DNA of 64,000 nt. It comes from Leptolyngbyaceae cyanobacterium. GTDB taxonomy: Bacteria; Cyanobacteriota; Cyanobacteriia; Phormidesmidales; Phormidesmidaceae. A model generated the notes under the pieces. The model was not told the origin of the DNA. It was given only the letters and a program-made list of their open reading frames with translations, and did no database searches. The stretch covers positions 1,472,001-1,536,000 of the forward strand of contig CBDHHL010000056.1 of NCBI GenBank assembly GCA_965263355.1. The letters run 5' to 3'. The position numbers were made by a program, and so were the translations under genes. Shown one piece after another: positions 1 to 9,678 of the stretch; position 1 is the first letter of the stretch, and every line of letters begins with the position of its first letter.

Positions 1-1
1 T

Positions 2-1474
2 ACGGCAGTAGAGCTGATGCCGGTACAACAGTTTGACCCCAACGATGCGCCATCTGGCAAAACCAACTATTGGGGCTATAGTCCAGTGGCCTTTTTTGCC
101 CCCCATCGACAATATAGTTCCAGGCAAGGCTGTATGGGGCCAGTGGATGAATTTAGAGATTTAGTAAAGGCGCTACATCGAGCTGGCATTGAGGTAATTT
201 TAGATGTGGTCTTTAACCATACGGCTGAAGGCAGTCAGGAGGGACCAACTTTGTCGTTACGGGGGTTAAGCAACGAATCGTACTACATTCTTGAAGATAA
301 CAAAGTTTTTTACAAAAACTACAGTGGCTGTGGCAATACCCTGAAAACCAGTGCGATTACTGGCTATCTTATTTTAGATTGCCTGCGCTACTGGGTCTCA
401 GAGATGCATGTGGATGGCTTTCGCTTTGATTTGGCCTCTGTGCTGTCCCGCGATACGACCGGTGAACCCTCAAACAATCCACCGATTTTGTGGATGATTA
501 ATACGGATCCAGCCCTGGCAGGCACCAAAATTATTGCAGAGGCCTGGGATGCGGCAGGTCTGTATCAGGTAGGGAATTTTGCGGGAGAGCGGTTTGCTGA
601 ATGGAATGGCCCCTATCGAGATACCACACGACGGTTTGTCCGAGGAGATAATGGGGTGGTTCAAGCCCTGGCGGATCGGATTGTGGGCAGTCCCGATTTC
701 TATGAGCAGTCCCAGCGAGGTCCCAATTACAGCATTCATTTTGTTACCTGCCATGATGGCTTCACCCTCTATGACCTCGTCAGCTACAACGACAAACATA
801 ACCTGGCCAATGGTGAGGATAATCGCGACGGAAATGACACCAATTGGAGTTGGAACTGTGGTGTAGAAGGGACAACCCATGATCCGGCAGTTCAAACCCT
901 ACGGCTCAAACAGGCTAAAAATTTCTTTACCCTATGGGCCATGTCCCAGGGGACACCCATGATGCTAATGGGGGATGAGGTGTTGCGATCGCAACAGGGA
1001 AACAACAACGCCTACTGTCAAAATAATGAACTCAGCTGGTTTAACTGGGATGGGACCACCACCCACAGTGATTTTCTTCGATTTGTAAAAGAGTTAATTA
1101 CTTTTATCCAGTCCCTGGAGCTTTTTAAGCATGACTTTCCACTTATCGTTACCCCTCAGTCCATTCTGGAGCCAGCCATTAGCTGGCATGGTGTCAAGTT
1201 AGGAAATCCTGACTGGAGCCATGAGTCCCATAGCCTTGCTTATACCCTATCGTATCAAAAGTATTATGAACGACTTCACATCATGCTGAATGCTTTTCAC
1301 GCCCCCCTGACCTTTGAACTTCCCCCGCTGCCCGATGGTCAATCTTGGCGACGCATCGTAGATACTGCTTTAGATGCTCCAGAAGACTTTTGTCCGGCAA
1401 CGGGTGCCCCTAAAATTGATGCAAATTTTTACCAGGTTGAGCCCCGTAGCTCAGTCATTCTGATGGCTAACTAA
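2..1474 (+). CDS. glgX: Glycogen debranching enzyme (isoamylase, GH13), 5'-truncated by window edge
   Basis: Frame is open from base 2 (TAVELMPV); motifs NYWGY, DVVFNHT, DGFRFDLA, AEAWD, HDGFTL, QGTPM..GDE. Confidence 0.95.
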   Translation, partial: TAVELMPVQQFDPNDAPSGKTNYWGYSPVAFFAPHRQYSSRQGCMGPVDEFRDLVKALHRAGIEVILDVVFNHTAEGSQEGPTLSLRGLSNESYYILEDNKVFYKNYSGCGNTLKTSAITGYLILDCLRYWVSEMHVDGFRFDLASVLSRDTTGEPSNNPPILWMINTDPALAGTKIIAEAWDAAGLYQVGNFAGERFAEWNGPYRDTTRRFVRGDNGVVQALADRIVGSPDFYEQSQRGPNYSIHFVTCHDGFTLYDLVSYNDKHNLANGEDNRDGNDTNWSWNCGVEGTTHDPAVQTLRLKQAKNFFTLWAMSQGTPMMLMGDEVLRSQQGNNNAYCQNNELSWFNWDGTTTHSDFLRFVKELITFIQSLELFKHDFPLIVTPQSILEPAISWHGVKLGNPDWSHESHSLAYTLSYQKYYERLHIMLNAFHAPLTFELPPLPDGQSWRRIVDTALDAPEDFCPATGAPKIDANFYQVEPRSSVILMAN

Positions 1475-1489
1475 TCGTCAGATTTGGCG

Positions 1490-1876
1490 TTATCCCATAA
1501 CGTGTACCTTTTCCATAATTGTGTTGGCCGTTAGCGGACAGGCACAGCTGTCTTGCTCTAGCCATTGTTGACCCACCTGATGCAGGGCGGTTATCACCGG
1601 TTGCAACTCTTTACCCTTATCCGTAATAGCGTACTCAACCCGTGGAGGCACCTCTGCATAGGTCCGTCGTGTCACTAGCCCGTGTTCCTCTAAATTTCGA
1701 AGTCTCACCGTTAATGTTTTAGAACTGATACCGGGCAACGCTTTTAGCAGCTCATTAGTCCGGCGATCCTGCTCCCAAAGCTCCCGCAAGATTAAAATTG
1801 ACCACTTACTGCCCAGGATATCTACTACGAACTGAATAGGGCACGTTGACGTCAAACAATCACCAGTAGTGGGCAT
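1490..1876 (-). CDS. HxlR-family winged-helix transcriptional regulator
   Basis: CP..ILGSKWSILILREL, LPGISSKTLT.RLR.LE, YAEVPPRVEY.IT.KG motifs. Confidence 0.9.
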   Translation of the reverse strand: MPTTGDCLTSTCPIQFVVDILGSKWSILILRELWEQDRRTNELLKALPGISSKTLTVRLRNLEEHGLVTRRTYAEVPPRVEYAITDKGKELQPVITALHQVGQQWLEQDSCACPLTANTIMEKVHVMG

Positions 1877-2228
1877 GGGCTATTTCCAAATAATGCATGT
1901 GCCCCGATTATCCTTAATTCTTTAATTCTTGCCTCCTAAAAAAGCTTAAGAATTTCAAAAATTAAGATTTATTTAAGGCATTTTCTTAACCCTGAAAGCA
2001 AGCAATTTTTTACTCCAGGTACGTTTAATTTTTTCCCTAGGGTTGCTAACCCGCTTGCTAGAAACAGCCTTGTAATTTTAGAAAACCATAGGAAGATAAT
2101 AGTGGCGCTGGCAAGAGAACATCAACAGATCGTTGTTAGTGTCTGCGTTAAGCGTTCTCCAGGCCACTCTACAAACGAGCACTTATGCTGACTGAGCCAT
2201 AACTGCTTACTCAAAGGAGACTTCTCAA

Positions 2229-2345
2229 ATGAAAGTAGTTCTTCAAGGCAAAAATATAGAACGGGCATCCACTCAAGGTAAGAGTTTACTTAAGGACACA
2301 TTTCAGGGGGCGGAGATAACATTGATTCTGCCCCCTGGCCCTTGA
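2229..2345 (+). CDS. 38-aa mini-ORF whose first 11 residues resemble the N-terminus of cyanobacterial LrtA/HPF
   Basis: AAAGGAGA RBS before the ATG at 2229; translation MKVVLQGKNIERASTQGKSLLKDTFQGAEITLILPPGP*. Confidence 0.4.
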   Translation: MKVVLQGKNIERASTQGKSLLKDTFQGAEITLILPPGP

Positions 2346-2373
2346 CCGTCTCAACATAGGATCAACTGCGGCT

Positions 2374-3087
2374 ATGGATAGCAAGGAATTGCTACAGGCA
2401 TATAACGCTGGTGAACGCGATTTTTCGGGATTGACACTTTTAGAATTAGAGTTGCTGCAGCTTGAGCTAAGTGATGCCAACTTTAGCCAATCCGATTTGC
2501 GTCAGTCTCGCTTAGGTCGTACGCACTTTTGTCGTGCTAATTTCGAGCTTAGTAACTTAAGCGAATCTCTTCTTTGGGGCAGCGATCTACGCAATGCCAA
2601 TTTGAAAAATGCTCAGCTACGAGAGGTGGATTTAAGTAGTGCGCTTTTGAATCACGCCAATCTAGAGCGGGCTAACTTAATAAAAGCTAGTCTATGTGGA
2701 GCCACCTTGAACGGTGCCAATCTCGCGATGGCCCGTTTGCTAGACGCTGATTTTCGTTCAAATGCTGACCAGAGAACTGATTTGGGAGAGGCGAACCTAA
2801 GTCAAGCCGACTTGAGCTATGCACTTTTAAACGGTGTGATTTTGCGAGGAGCCAATTTGTCGGAGGCTACATTGTGTCGTGCTAAATTGGGCAAAGACTA
2901 TCGCCCAGGCAGTTTTCCGACCGACCTTAGTGAAGTCAATCTCCAGGGTGCTGATCTTAGCTATGCTGACTTGACCGGTGTAAATCTAAAAGAGGCTGAC
3001 CTTACGGGCGCTGACCTCACGGGCACATTATTGTATCAAGCCAATCTCTATCATGTAACTATGCCCAATGGGCAACGCCATGAGTAA
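2374..3087 (+). CDS. Pentapeptide-repeat protein
   Basis: ELLQAYNAGERDF start and long A(D/N)LXX repeats. Confidence 0.9.
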   Translation: MDSKELLQAYNAGERDFSGLTLLELELLQLELSDANFSQSDLRQSRLGRTHFCRANFELSNLSESLLWGSDLRNANLKNAQLREVDLSSALLNHANLERANLIKASLCGATLNGANLAMARLLDADFRSNADQRTDLGEANLSQADLSYALLNGVILRGANLSEATLCRAKLGKDYRPGSFPTDLSEVNLQGADLSYADLTGVNLKEADLTGADLTGTLLYQANLYHVTMPNGQRHE

Positions 3088-3297
3088 CATCTCTAACGAT
3101 TTTGAGTTATGCAATACTACACATTGCAGAGCGTAGCAACCATCTTAGAAAGCTCATACTCTGCGACCGGATTGCTATTCTTTATAAACCCACATACTGT
3201 ACAGATCTAATCCAAAACAATTTGCCCATTCTTGCTTTGAAATTGGTATCCCATACGAGTGGGATATTGCTGACCTTGGGGTAAATAAATTAAACGC

Positions 3298-3774
3298 TTA
3301 ATGTGCTTTTTTAGTTTTTGTTGCAGCGATCGTAAGATTTCTACGAAGCAGGGTGATTTGCGCCTGGAGATGCTGCACCGATTCTGGGGTTAGCCCAGTG
3401 GCATCAAGAAGACAGCTTGGAATTTTAAGCGCCTTTTCCTTGAGCCCTTTTCCCTGCTGTGTCAGACAGATAAGGACTTGACGTTCATCGGCAATATCTC
3501 GTTGTCGAGTAATATGGCCCATTTTCTCTAGGCGCTTTAATAGTGGCGTCAGGGTGTTCGACTCTAGGAACAATTGTTTGCCTAAGCTTTTGACAGTTTG
3601 TTTATCCTTTTCCCATAGCACGACCATCATGATGTACTGCGGATAGGTTAGACCCAGTTCCTCAAGTAGTGGTTTATAAACACGGTTCATCGCATGGTTC
3701 GCAGAGTAAATGGCGAAACAGAGGAAACTGTTGAGATTAAGAAGCTCTTCAGGCTGGGGGGCAGGAGCGGGCAT
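3298..3774 (-). CDS. ohrR: MarR-family organic hydroperoxide sensor (OhrR-like)
   Basis: LCFAIYS peroxide-sensing Cys motif, YKPLL..LGLTYPQY, LESNTLTPLLKRLE, DERQV; second Cys near the C-terminus; GAGG RBS before ATG at 3774. Confidence 0.85.
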   Translation of the reverse strand: MPAPAPQPEELLNLNSFLCFAIYSANHAMNRVYKPLLEELGLTYPQYIMMVVLWEKDKQTVKSLGKQLFLESNTLTPLLKRLEKMGHITRQRDIADERQVLICLTQQGKGLKEKALKIPSCLLDATGLTPESVQHLQAQITLLRRNLTIAATKTKKAH

Positions 3775-3841
3775 TATGCATTTCCTCAAGGGAACAGTGA
3801 CTCTGTTGATACAAATTGCTTTCAGACACTGCCTTTAGTAT

Positions 3842-3927
3842 AAATCGCGCACGATATAGTCGCAAGTGCTTGACTTTTTCTTACGATGACGCTAACTTAA
3901 GTTTGCACGATTTAATCGTGTACGATT
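3842..3927. promoter_or_regulatory. Putative OhrR operator palindromes in the divergent ohrR/GST promoter
   Basis: TGCACGATT-T-AATCGTGTA (3904-3922), overlapping palindrome AATCGTGTACGATT (3914-3927) and a related AAATCGCGCACGATAT (3842-3857). Confidence 0.6.
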
Positions 3928-4018
3928 TGTTTTTGGTCTGTACGAGTGTGGGGAATCAACAGTCGTGCAGCCAGACAACGTCTTTCTTTTTTAAACCATC
4001 AAACCAGAAGGCTTTACC

Positions 4019-4645
4019 ATGGCTAAATTTACTATTTATGGTCCGACTATCAGCACATATGTCCGTACTGTTCGCATGATTCTCGAAGAGACTAACACTG
4101 CCTATGAGCTTCAAGATGTGGATATCTTCACAGCCAGAACGTCTGAATATCTCGTGCTCAATCCGTTTGGTAAGGTTCCTACTCTAAAAGTAGATGACCA
4201 GATCCTCTATGAAACCAGCGCGATTGTTGAATATCTGGATGCCGTAGTGGCTGATCATGCCTTTATCCCTCAAGATCCCATGGGTCAGGCGCATATGCGT
4301 CAGATTATGTCGATTGTGGATAGCTACCTGTATGGTCCCTCTATCAGTGAGATAACTATTCAGCGTCTGATCGTTCCTTGCCAAGGGGGCCAATCAGATG
4401 AAACTGCTATTCAAAATGCTGTTCCTAAGGTAAAGACGGCTCTGGCGGCAATCGAAGCCATCAGCAATTGTGATCCGTTTTTGTTGGGCCACACAATCAC
4501 CCTGGCAGATTTCTATTTGATGCCTGTGATATTCTATCTTTCTCAGACTCCTGAGATGGCTTTAGTAACTGCCCAAACGCCTAAACTGAAGATCTGGTGG
4601 GACTCCATTAGCCAACGTCCCAGTTTCCAACGGGTAATTGCTTAG
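4019..4645 (+). CDS. Glutathione S-transferase
   Basis: STYVR active-site region, NPFGKVPTL, LYETSAIVEYLD, TLADF motifs. Confidence 0.92.
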   Translation: MAKFTIYGPTISTYVRTVRMILEETNTAYELQDVDIFTARTSEYLVLNPFGKVPTLKVDDQILYETSAIVEYLDAVVADHAFIPQDPMGQAHMRQIMSIVDSYLYGPSISEITIQRLIVPCQGGQSDETAIQNAVPKVKTALAAIEAISNCDPFLLGHTITLADFYLMPVIFYLSQTPEMALVTAQTPKLKIWWDSISQRPSFQRVIA

Positions 4646-4806
4646 AAATCGCGATGTTTGTTATAGCGGGATCTTGTTGTGAAAGATCCTGCGGTAACAA
4701 CAATCGATGGGTCAAAGTTTTCTCAGCCACTTAACGTGCTAACCCCAAAGTTGAGATGCCGTATAAGGGCTCTAGTTGTTCTGCTATTACCTGACTTTTA
4801 ACAGTT

Positions 4807-5187
4807 TTAGCGGCTATAAGGTTGCTCTATGCTCAAGCCTGGGATAACTCGGTAGTGTTTCACGTTGAAGGTACAGAGAGTTACATGACGTCCAACAGCG
4901 CAAGCAGCAATCAAAGAATCAATTAAACCAACGTTGTGAGACAGATGATAAGCCGTAAAATCAGACAAAGCTCGGGCACAGTCAGTTTCAGTGGGCCAAA
5001 TAATCGATAAAGGCGCTACAAGTTGGAGAACCTCGCGAGCCTGCTGTTTGTTTTGAGCATCCTGAATCAACTCCATTACAACAAATCCAGGAATACTTGG
5101 TAGAACTGAGAGAGAAGCAAATCAAACTAATGCAGGTTCGTACCCCCGCTGAATATCAATTATAATATCGGTATCGACTAGATACAT
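4807..5187 (-). pseudogene. PIN-domain (VapC-like) toxin with premature stop
   Basis: MYLVDTDIIIDIQRGYEPALV*FASLSVLPSIPGFVVMELIQ...IDSLIAACA...TFNVKHY; in-frame TGA at 5122-5124. Confidence 0.8.
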
Positions 5188-5194
5188 TGGCTAT

Positions 5195-5360
5195 CTAAAT
5201 ATGGTCGCGATCCTCGGCTGCATCTAGTAATGCACCACGGAAGTCAGCAATCCCAAGATTTGCAGATCGAAAATCAGTCTGAAGAAGCTTTACTTTGCGA
5301 AAGTCCACTCCCCGCAGCCAGGTTTTACTGAGGCGTGCTCCTGTCAGATCATGCTGCCGA
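5195..5360 (-). pseudogene. Pentapeptide-repeat fragment
   Basis: HDLTG ARLSK TWLRG VDFRK VKLLQ TDFRS ANLGI ADFRG ALL repeats with no clear start of their own. Confidence 0.55.
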
Positions 5361-5367
5361 CGAACAT

Positions 5368-5815
5368 TTATCCGAAGCCCCCTAGACGAATACCTGACCC
5401 CAAAATCACAAATAAAACAGCTAACGTAGTGACACCGACAATATGATAAGCCAGAGAAGTTAGAGTCTCTTTTGTCAGGTTTGGAATAATAAAAAAAGCG
5501 AGCATGGAGCGCCAGGGCAACAGTGCCTAGCAGAAGTAATAGTTTGATGCCAATGTAGACCGATAGAAAAGAATTAAACTCCAAAAAAGATTGAAAGCCA
5601 GGAAAATAAATCCAGGTGAGCCACAATCCAGTCATCACCTGGAGAAGCAACGCGCCCAAACCAAATCCTTCAAAATGTTCTTCAAACTGATGAATACGGT
5701 CTGGGTCGTTTTGTTTGAGTGCCTGAGGTAATACTGTTGCAGCTAACACAAGATGGCCACCTGTCCAGACGGTAGCGCCCAGAGTATGTAAAACAACCAA
5801 AACTTGGAATAGCAT
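5368..5815 (-). pseudogene. CopD-like (copper resistance) membrane protein with +1 frameshift
   Basis: LHTLGATVWTGG motif; removing one base of the A7 run (5491-5497) restores a hydrophobic end FFIIPNLTKETLTSLAYHIVGVTTLAVLFVILGSGIRLGGFG* with stop at 5368. Confidence 0.75.
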
Positions 5816-5965
5816 TAGGGTTACCTCAGCACCACTTTATAGAATACTCGTTTGAAATTGTGTTGTAGGATTCTCTCCCCTGAGCTTTCAATGCCTTTAG
5901 ATTTTCTGTACACACAATGAAACAGCCATGCCTTTCAACGGGTACATTATTTTCCCGCGAATCCC

Positions 5966-7030
5966 TTAGTAAACAGTTTCTCTCAAGGCTTCGGCGTCAA
6001 TGGGCGGGATGAAATACAACTTTAGTAGGTCTCCGACTGTACCGGCCACCAGAGACACTTTGCGTAAGAATTTCCAAACTTTAGGCGCTGAGCCCTCTGC
6101 TATGCTTTTAAGCTTGAGATTTCGATCAGCACATCGATCCAGACGCTTAAAGAATTCGGGATGATCTACATCTAGAATGACGGGAAAAGCACGGGCAGAT
6201 GTATTGTTGGTCTCACGAATGACGTCAGTGTCAAACTTTGTAGCATCAAGACCCAGCATTTCGTAGAATTTGGTGCGCTCGTGGACGGTAAGGCTGTGGG
6301 TAGCAAAGACAGAGAGCAGAAAGAAGCGGCTCCAAAGACGAGATTGCCAGGTTTTCCACATATTGGGTTGAGACCTCAACAAGGCCTTAAAAATATCCCC
6401 ATGGCGATTTTCATCCTGACACCAGCTTTCAAAATAATTAAATAATGGATAGAACCGATTTTCTGGATGCTGTTCTAAGTGACGATGGATCAAAATATAG
6501 CGCCAGTAGCCAATTTTTTCGGACAGATATACTGCATAGATAATCCACTCCACCGGAAAGAACGTATAGTTCCGCTTTTTGGTTAGCGTGCCTAGATCTA
6601 ATGAGATATTAAAATCCGCCATCGCCTTATTTAAGAACCCCGCATGACGCGCCTCATCACGGGCCATTAGGGAAAATATTTCTGCCAATAGTGGACTACG
6701 CCCCTTAAGCTTGCGCGATAGCTCTTTAAACAATAAAAAACCTGAAAATTCTGAAACACAGGAACGCTCTAGATAATCTACAAATGCCTGCCGCTCTTCC
6801 CCCTGAATATGTTCCCATGCCTGCTTAAAGGCATCATTCCGTACAAAATGATGGCGGTTATAGTCGGCCCTCATTTCTGCCAGCATTGCTTCTAGATTTA
6901 CCTCACCTGCCGAAAGGTCTAAATTGGCCGCCTTATCAAAGTCAGTGGTATAGAAACGAGGCGTCAGTAGATTCTCTTCAACCTGGGATTTTTGACTGAC
7001 GGCGATACGAGCAGGGACGGTGCTGACCAT
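5966..7030 (-). CDS. acsF: Mg-protoporphyrin IX monomethyl ester oxidative cyclase (probably the low-oxygen paralog, chlAII/acsF2 type)
   Basis: LLTPRFYTTDF, EFSGFLL, RDEARHAG, EKIGYWRY, QDENRHGD diiron motifs; next to ho2. Confidence 0.95.
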   Translation of the reverse strand: MVSTVPARIAVSQKSQVEENLLTPRFYTTDFDKAANLDLSAGEVNLEAMLAEMRADYNRHHFVRNDAFKQAWEHIQGEERQAFVDYLERSCVSEFSGFLLFKELSRKLKGRSPLLAEIFSLMARDEARHAGFLNKAMADFNISLDLGTLTKKRNYTFFPVEWIIYAVYLSEKIGYWRYILIHRHLEQHPENRFYPLFNYFESWCQDENRHGDIFKALLRSQPNMWKTWQSRLWSRFFLLSVFATHSLTVHERTKFYEMLGLDATKFDTDVIRETNNTSARAFPVILDVDHPEFFKRLDRCADRNLKLKSIAEGSAPKVWKFLRKVSLVAGTVGDLLKLYFIPPIDAEALRETVY

Positions 7031-7170
7031 TTTTCTACCTCAAATACCTATTCATAGCTTTGTAGATATAGAAAGAATAATATGATTCAGCCTGAATGAC
7101 ACAGGGGTGAAATAGGCATAATTTTCTCAATAGGTTTTAGCGTTTGTGAACCTTAGGCTGAGAACAAAAT

Positions 7171-7184
7171 TTTCCTTTAGGTAA
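7171..7184 (-). promoter_or_regulatory. ChlR-type binding site (TTMCC-N4-GGWAA)
   Basis: Minus strand reads TTACC-TAAA-GGAAA in the divergent acsF/hemF intergenic region; consensus recalled from Synechocystis ChlR work. Confidence 0.6.
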
Positions 7185-7317
7185 GTATGATTTGCCAATT
7201 TTTAACTAATCTAAAGCTGTCCCTAAAAGGTAAAGTTTTGAAAATAAAAAAGAGTCCTAATCGCTTAATCACTATACGGTTATTGAAGCTAAGCTTTGTT
7301 GAGTAAAGATTTTATCT

Positions 7318-8361
7318 ATGAGTCTTCAAGTCAACCTATCGCAGGCTAATACAGCCGTTTCTTCATCGGGCTCTGTTATGCCACCACGGGATGGTCGCGA
7401 TCTCGTCAAGCACTATGTAAAAACGCTTCAGGACAATATTTGTGCTTCGTTAGAGCAGTTAGATGGTCGAGCTAACTTTCAAGAAGACAACTGGCAACGC
7501 CAGGGCGGTGGCGGTGGTCGTACCCGCGTGATTCGTGATGGACGAGTATTCGAGCAGGGGGGTGTAAACTTTTCAGAAGTATGGGGGGAGACACTGCCCC
7601 CAGCAATCTTAAGCCAACGCCCCGAGGCAGCTGGCCATGGATTTTATGCCACGGGGACGTCCATGGTGTTACACCCCCACAATCCCTACGTACCCACAGT
7701 CCACCTCAACTACCGCTACTTTGAAGCCGGTCCAGTATGGTGGTTTGGGGGCGGCGTAGATCTCACCCCCTACTATCCTTCCATTGAGGATGTGGTTCAT
7801 TTTCATACCACTTTAAAGCAAGCCTGTGATGCCCATCATCCAGAGTTTTATCCAGCCTTTAAGCGATGGTGTGATGAATACTTTTACCTCAAACATCGTC
7901 AGGAATCCCGTGGGGTAGGTGGTCTTTTCTTTGACTATTTAGATTATCGTGGCAATCTTTACTCAGGCTCCAATTTAACTGGGGATGCGGCCAACTACAG
8001 TCAACAAGTAGGAGCAGTCAACCAAAGCTGGGAACAATGGTTTGCCTTTGTACAAAGCTGTGGCAATGCCTTTTTACCGGCCTATCTACCCATTGCTGAA
8101 CGTCACCAGGATAGGCCCTATGGTGAGCAAGAGCGAGAGTTTCAACTCTATCGCCGGGGACGCTATGTTGAATTTAACCTGGTTTATGATCGAGGTACTG
8201 TATTTGGTTTGCAAACCAATGGTCGAGCTGAGTCGATATTAATGTCACTGCCGCCTTTGACTCGCTGGCAATATGGCTATGAGCCCCAGCCCAATAGCCC
8301 AGAAGCGAAGCTAACCAGCTTTTTCCTTAAACCTCGAGATTGGGTGAACTGGCTGCTGTGA
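7318..8361 (+). CDS. hemF: Oxygen-dependent coproporphyrinogen III oxidase
   Basis: [69 protein letters not shown]. Confidence 0.96.
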   Translation: MSLQVNLSQANTAVSSSGSVMPPRDGRDLVKHYVKTLQDNICASLEQLDGRANFQEDNWQRQGGGGGRTRVIRDGRVFEQGGVNFSEVWGETLPPAILSQRPEAAGHGFYATGTSMVLHPHNPYVPTVHLNYRYFEAGPVWWFGGGVDLTPYYPSIEDVVHFHTTLKQACDAHHPEFYPAFKRWCDEYFYLKHRQESRGVGGLFFDYLDYRGNLYSGSNLTGDAANYSQQVGAVNQSWEQWFAFVQSCGNAFLPAYLPIAERHQDRPYGEQEREFQLYRRGRYVEFNLVYDRGTVFGLQTNGRAESILMSLPPLTRWQYGYEPQPNSPEAKLTSFFLKPRDWVNWLL

Positions 8362-8572
8362 TGTTGATATCACTCATCTTGATGTCCTGAAAAGACCCTC
8401 CGGTAAGAGATAACGATGAATATCTTCAACCAACCAGAGATAAGCGACGAGGAGGGCTTCCAATTCCTGCTCCTAATAACGTCTATCATGGTTATCTCTT
8501 ACCTTTTCTACTTTAGACTCTTTTCTTAAGAGAGTTTTGTTCGACCAGACCTAATCGTTTGAAATAACTACC

Positions 8573-9319
8573 ATGGAACACAATTTAGCCTCGTGCCTGC
8601 GAAAAGGCACACAACATTCCCATACCCTGGCAGAAAATACAGCCTATATGACATGCTTTCTAAAAGGAATTGTTGAAAAGGAACCCTTTCGACAGCTACT
8701 AGCCAATCTATATTTTGTTTATAGTACCTTAGAAGATGCTATACGCCGCCATGCTGAGCATGCTGTTGTCGGTCCGACATACTTTCCATTATTAGAGAGA
8801 ACCTCTCAATTAGAAAAAGACCTGGCCTTTTATTATGGTGCCAACTGGCGTGATCAGATTGTTCCCTCTCCGCAGGGACGGCGCTATGTAGAACGGATTC
8901 AGACCCTTGCTGACCAGGACCCAGCTCTGTTAGTAGCCCATGCCTATGTCCGCTATATGGGCGATCTCTCTGGCGGGCAAGGGTTAAAAGCAGTGGTGCG
9001 TGCGGCTCTGGATCTGCCGGAGGGTCAAGGTACCGCCTTTTATGAGTTTGACGATATTCCCACAGTTGAGGCTCGACGAGCTTTTAAGGGACAATATCGG
9101 GATGCGTTGAATTCACTTCCCATTGATAATGATGTGGTACAAAGGATTATTGACGAAGCAAACCTTGCATTTCAGCTCAATTGTAATGTTATGCATGATT
9201 TAGAGCCGTTGGTTAAGGATGCCATTGGTGACCATGTCTTTGAGCAGATGACTCGCCAAGGGCGATCCGGTAGCACAGAGCGTCAGCATCGATCACCTGA
9301 GCTAGTATCTGTAGAATAA
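8573..9319 (+). CDS. ho2: Heme oxygenase 2
   Basis: HTLAENTAYM.CFLKGIVE, AHAYVRYMGDLSGGQ; HO2-type extension; clustered with acsF. Confidence 0.9.
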   Translation: MEHNLASCLRKGTQHSHTLAENTAYMTCFLKGIVEKEPFRQLLANLYFVYSTLEDAIRRHAEHAVVGPTYFPLLERTSQLEKDLAFYYGANWRDQIVPSPQGRRYVERIQTLADQDPALLVAHAYVRYMGDLSGGQGLKAVVRAALDLPEGQGTAFYEFDDIPTVEARRAFKGQYRDALNSLPIDNDVVQRIIDEANLAFQLNCNVMHDLEPLVKDAIGDHVFEQMTRQGRSGSTERQHRSPELVSVE

Positions 9320-9357
9320 TCACTTATCCATTGGATTTCTCTTATTGCATGAACCAT

Positions 9358-9382
9358 ATCCCCCGTAAGGGGGATTTTTTTT
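9358..9382 (+). terminator. Intrinsic terminator after ho2
   Basis: ATCCCCC-GTAA-GGGGGAT followed by a T run. Confidence 0.8.
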
Positions 9383-9678
9383 AGCTATGGGCTTGTTAAT
9401 AATTAAGCTCATGGTTTTAGGTAATAACTTGAGCAACTGGTGTGGAGATTAAAGTTATTGCTTGGGGTTCCTCCGTGTTCCCTTTGGTGAAACTCAAATC
9501 ATGAGGTTATTGCTTAACGGGTTCTATGCGTAAAGTATTCTAGCAACCTTTGCTAATGACTGTGTGCTCGCTAATGACAAATGCTGTGACCCAAGTGAGC
9601 TTACTAATAATCAGCCCAGTTGGGTCAAACTATATGTGAACCAAGCAATAGACTCTTATCACTATTCCCAGCCATTAC

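Noticed and set aside
5195..5815. Genuine CopD-pentapeptide fusion protein
   Set aside because: Better explained by a one-base frameshift; the alternative frame gives a proper final TM helix and stop.
9420..9670. Short repeats (GTTATTGCTT x2, GCTAATGAC x2) between ho2 and the EamA gene
   Set aside because: Too short and irregular to support a feature; no coherent ORF or structure found.
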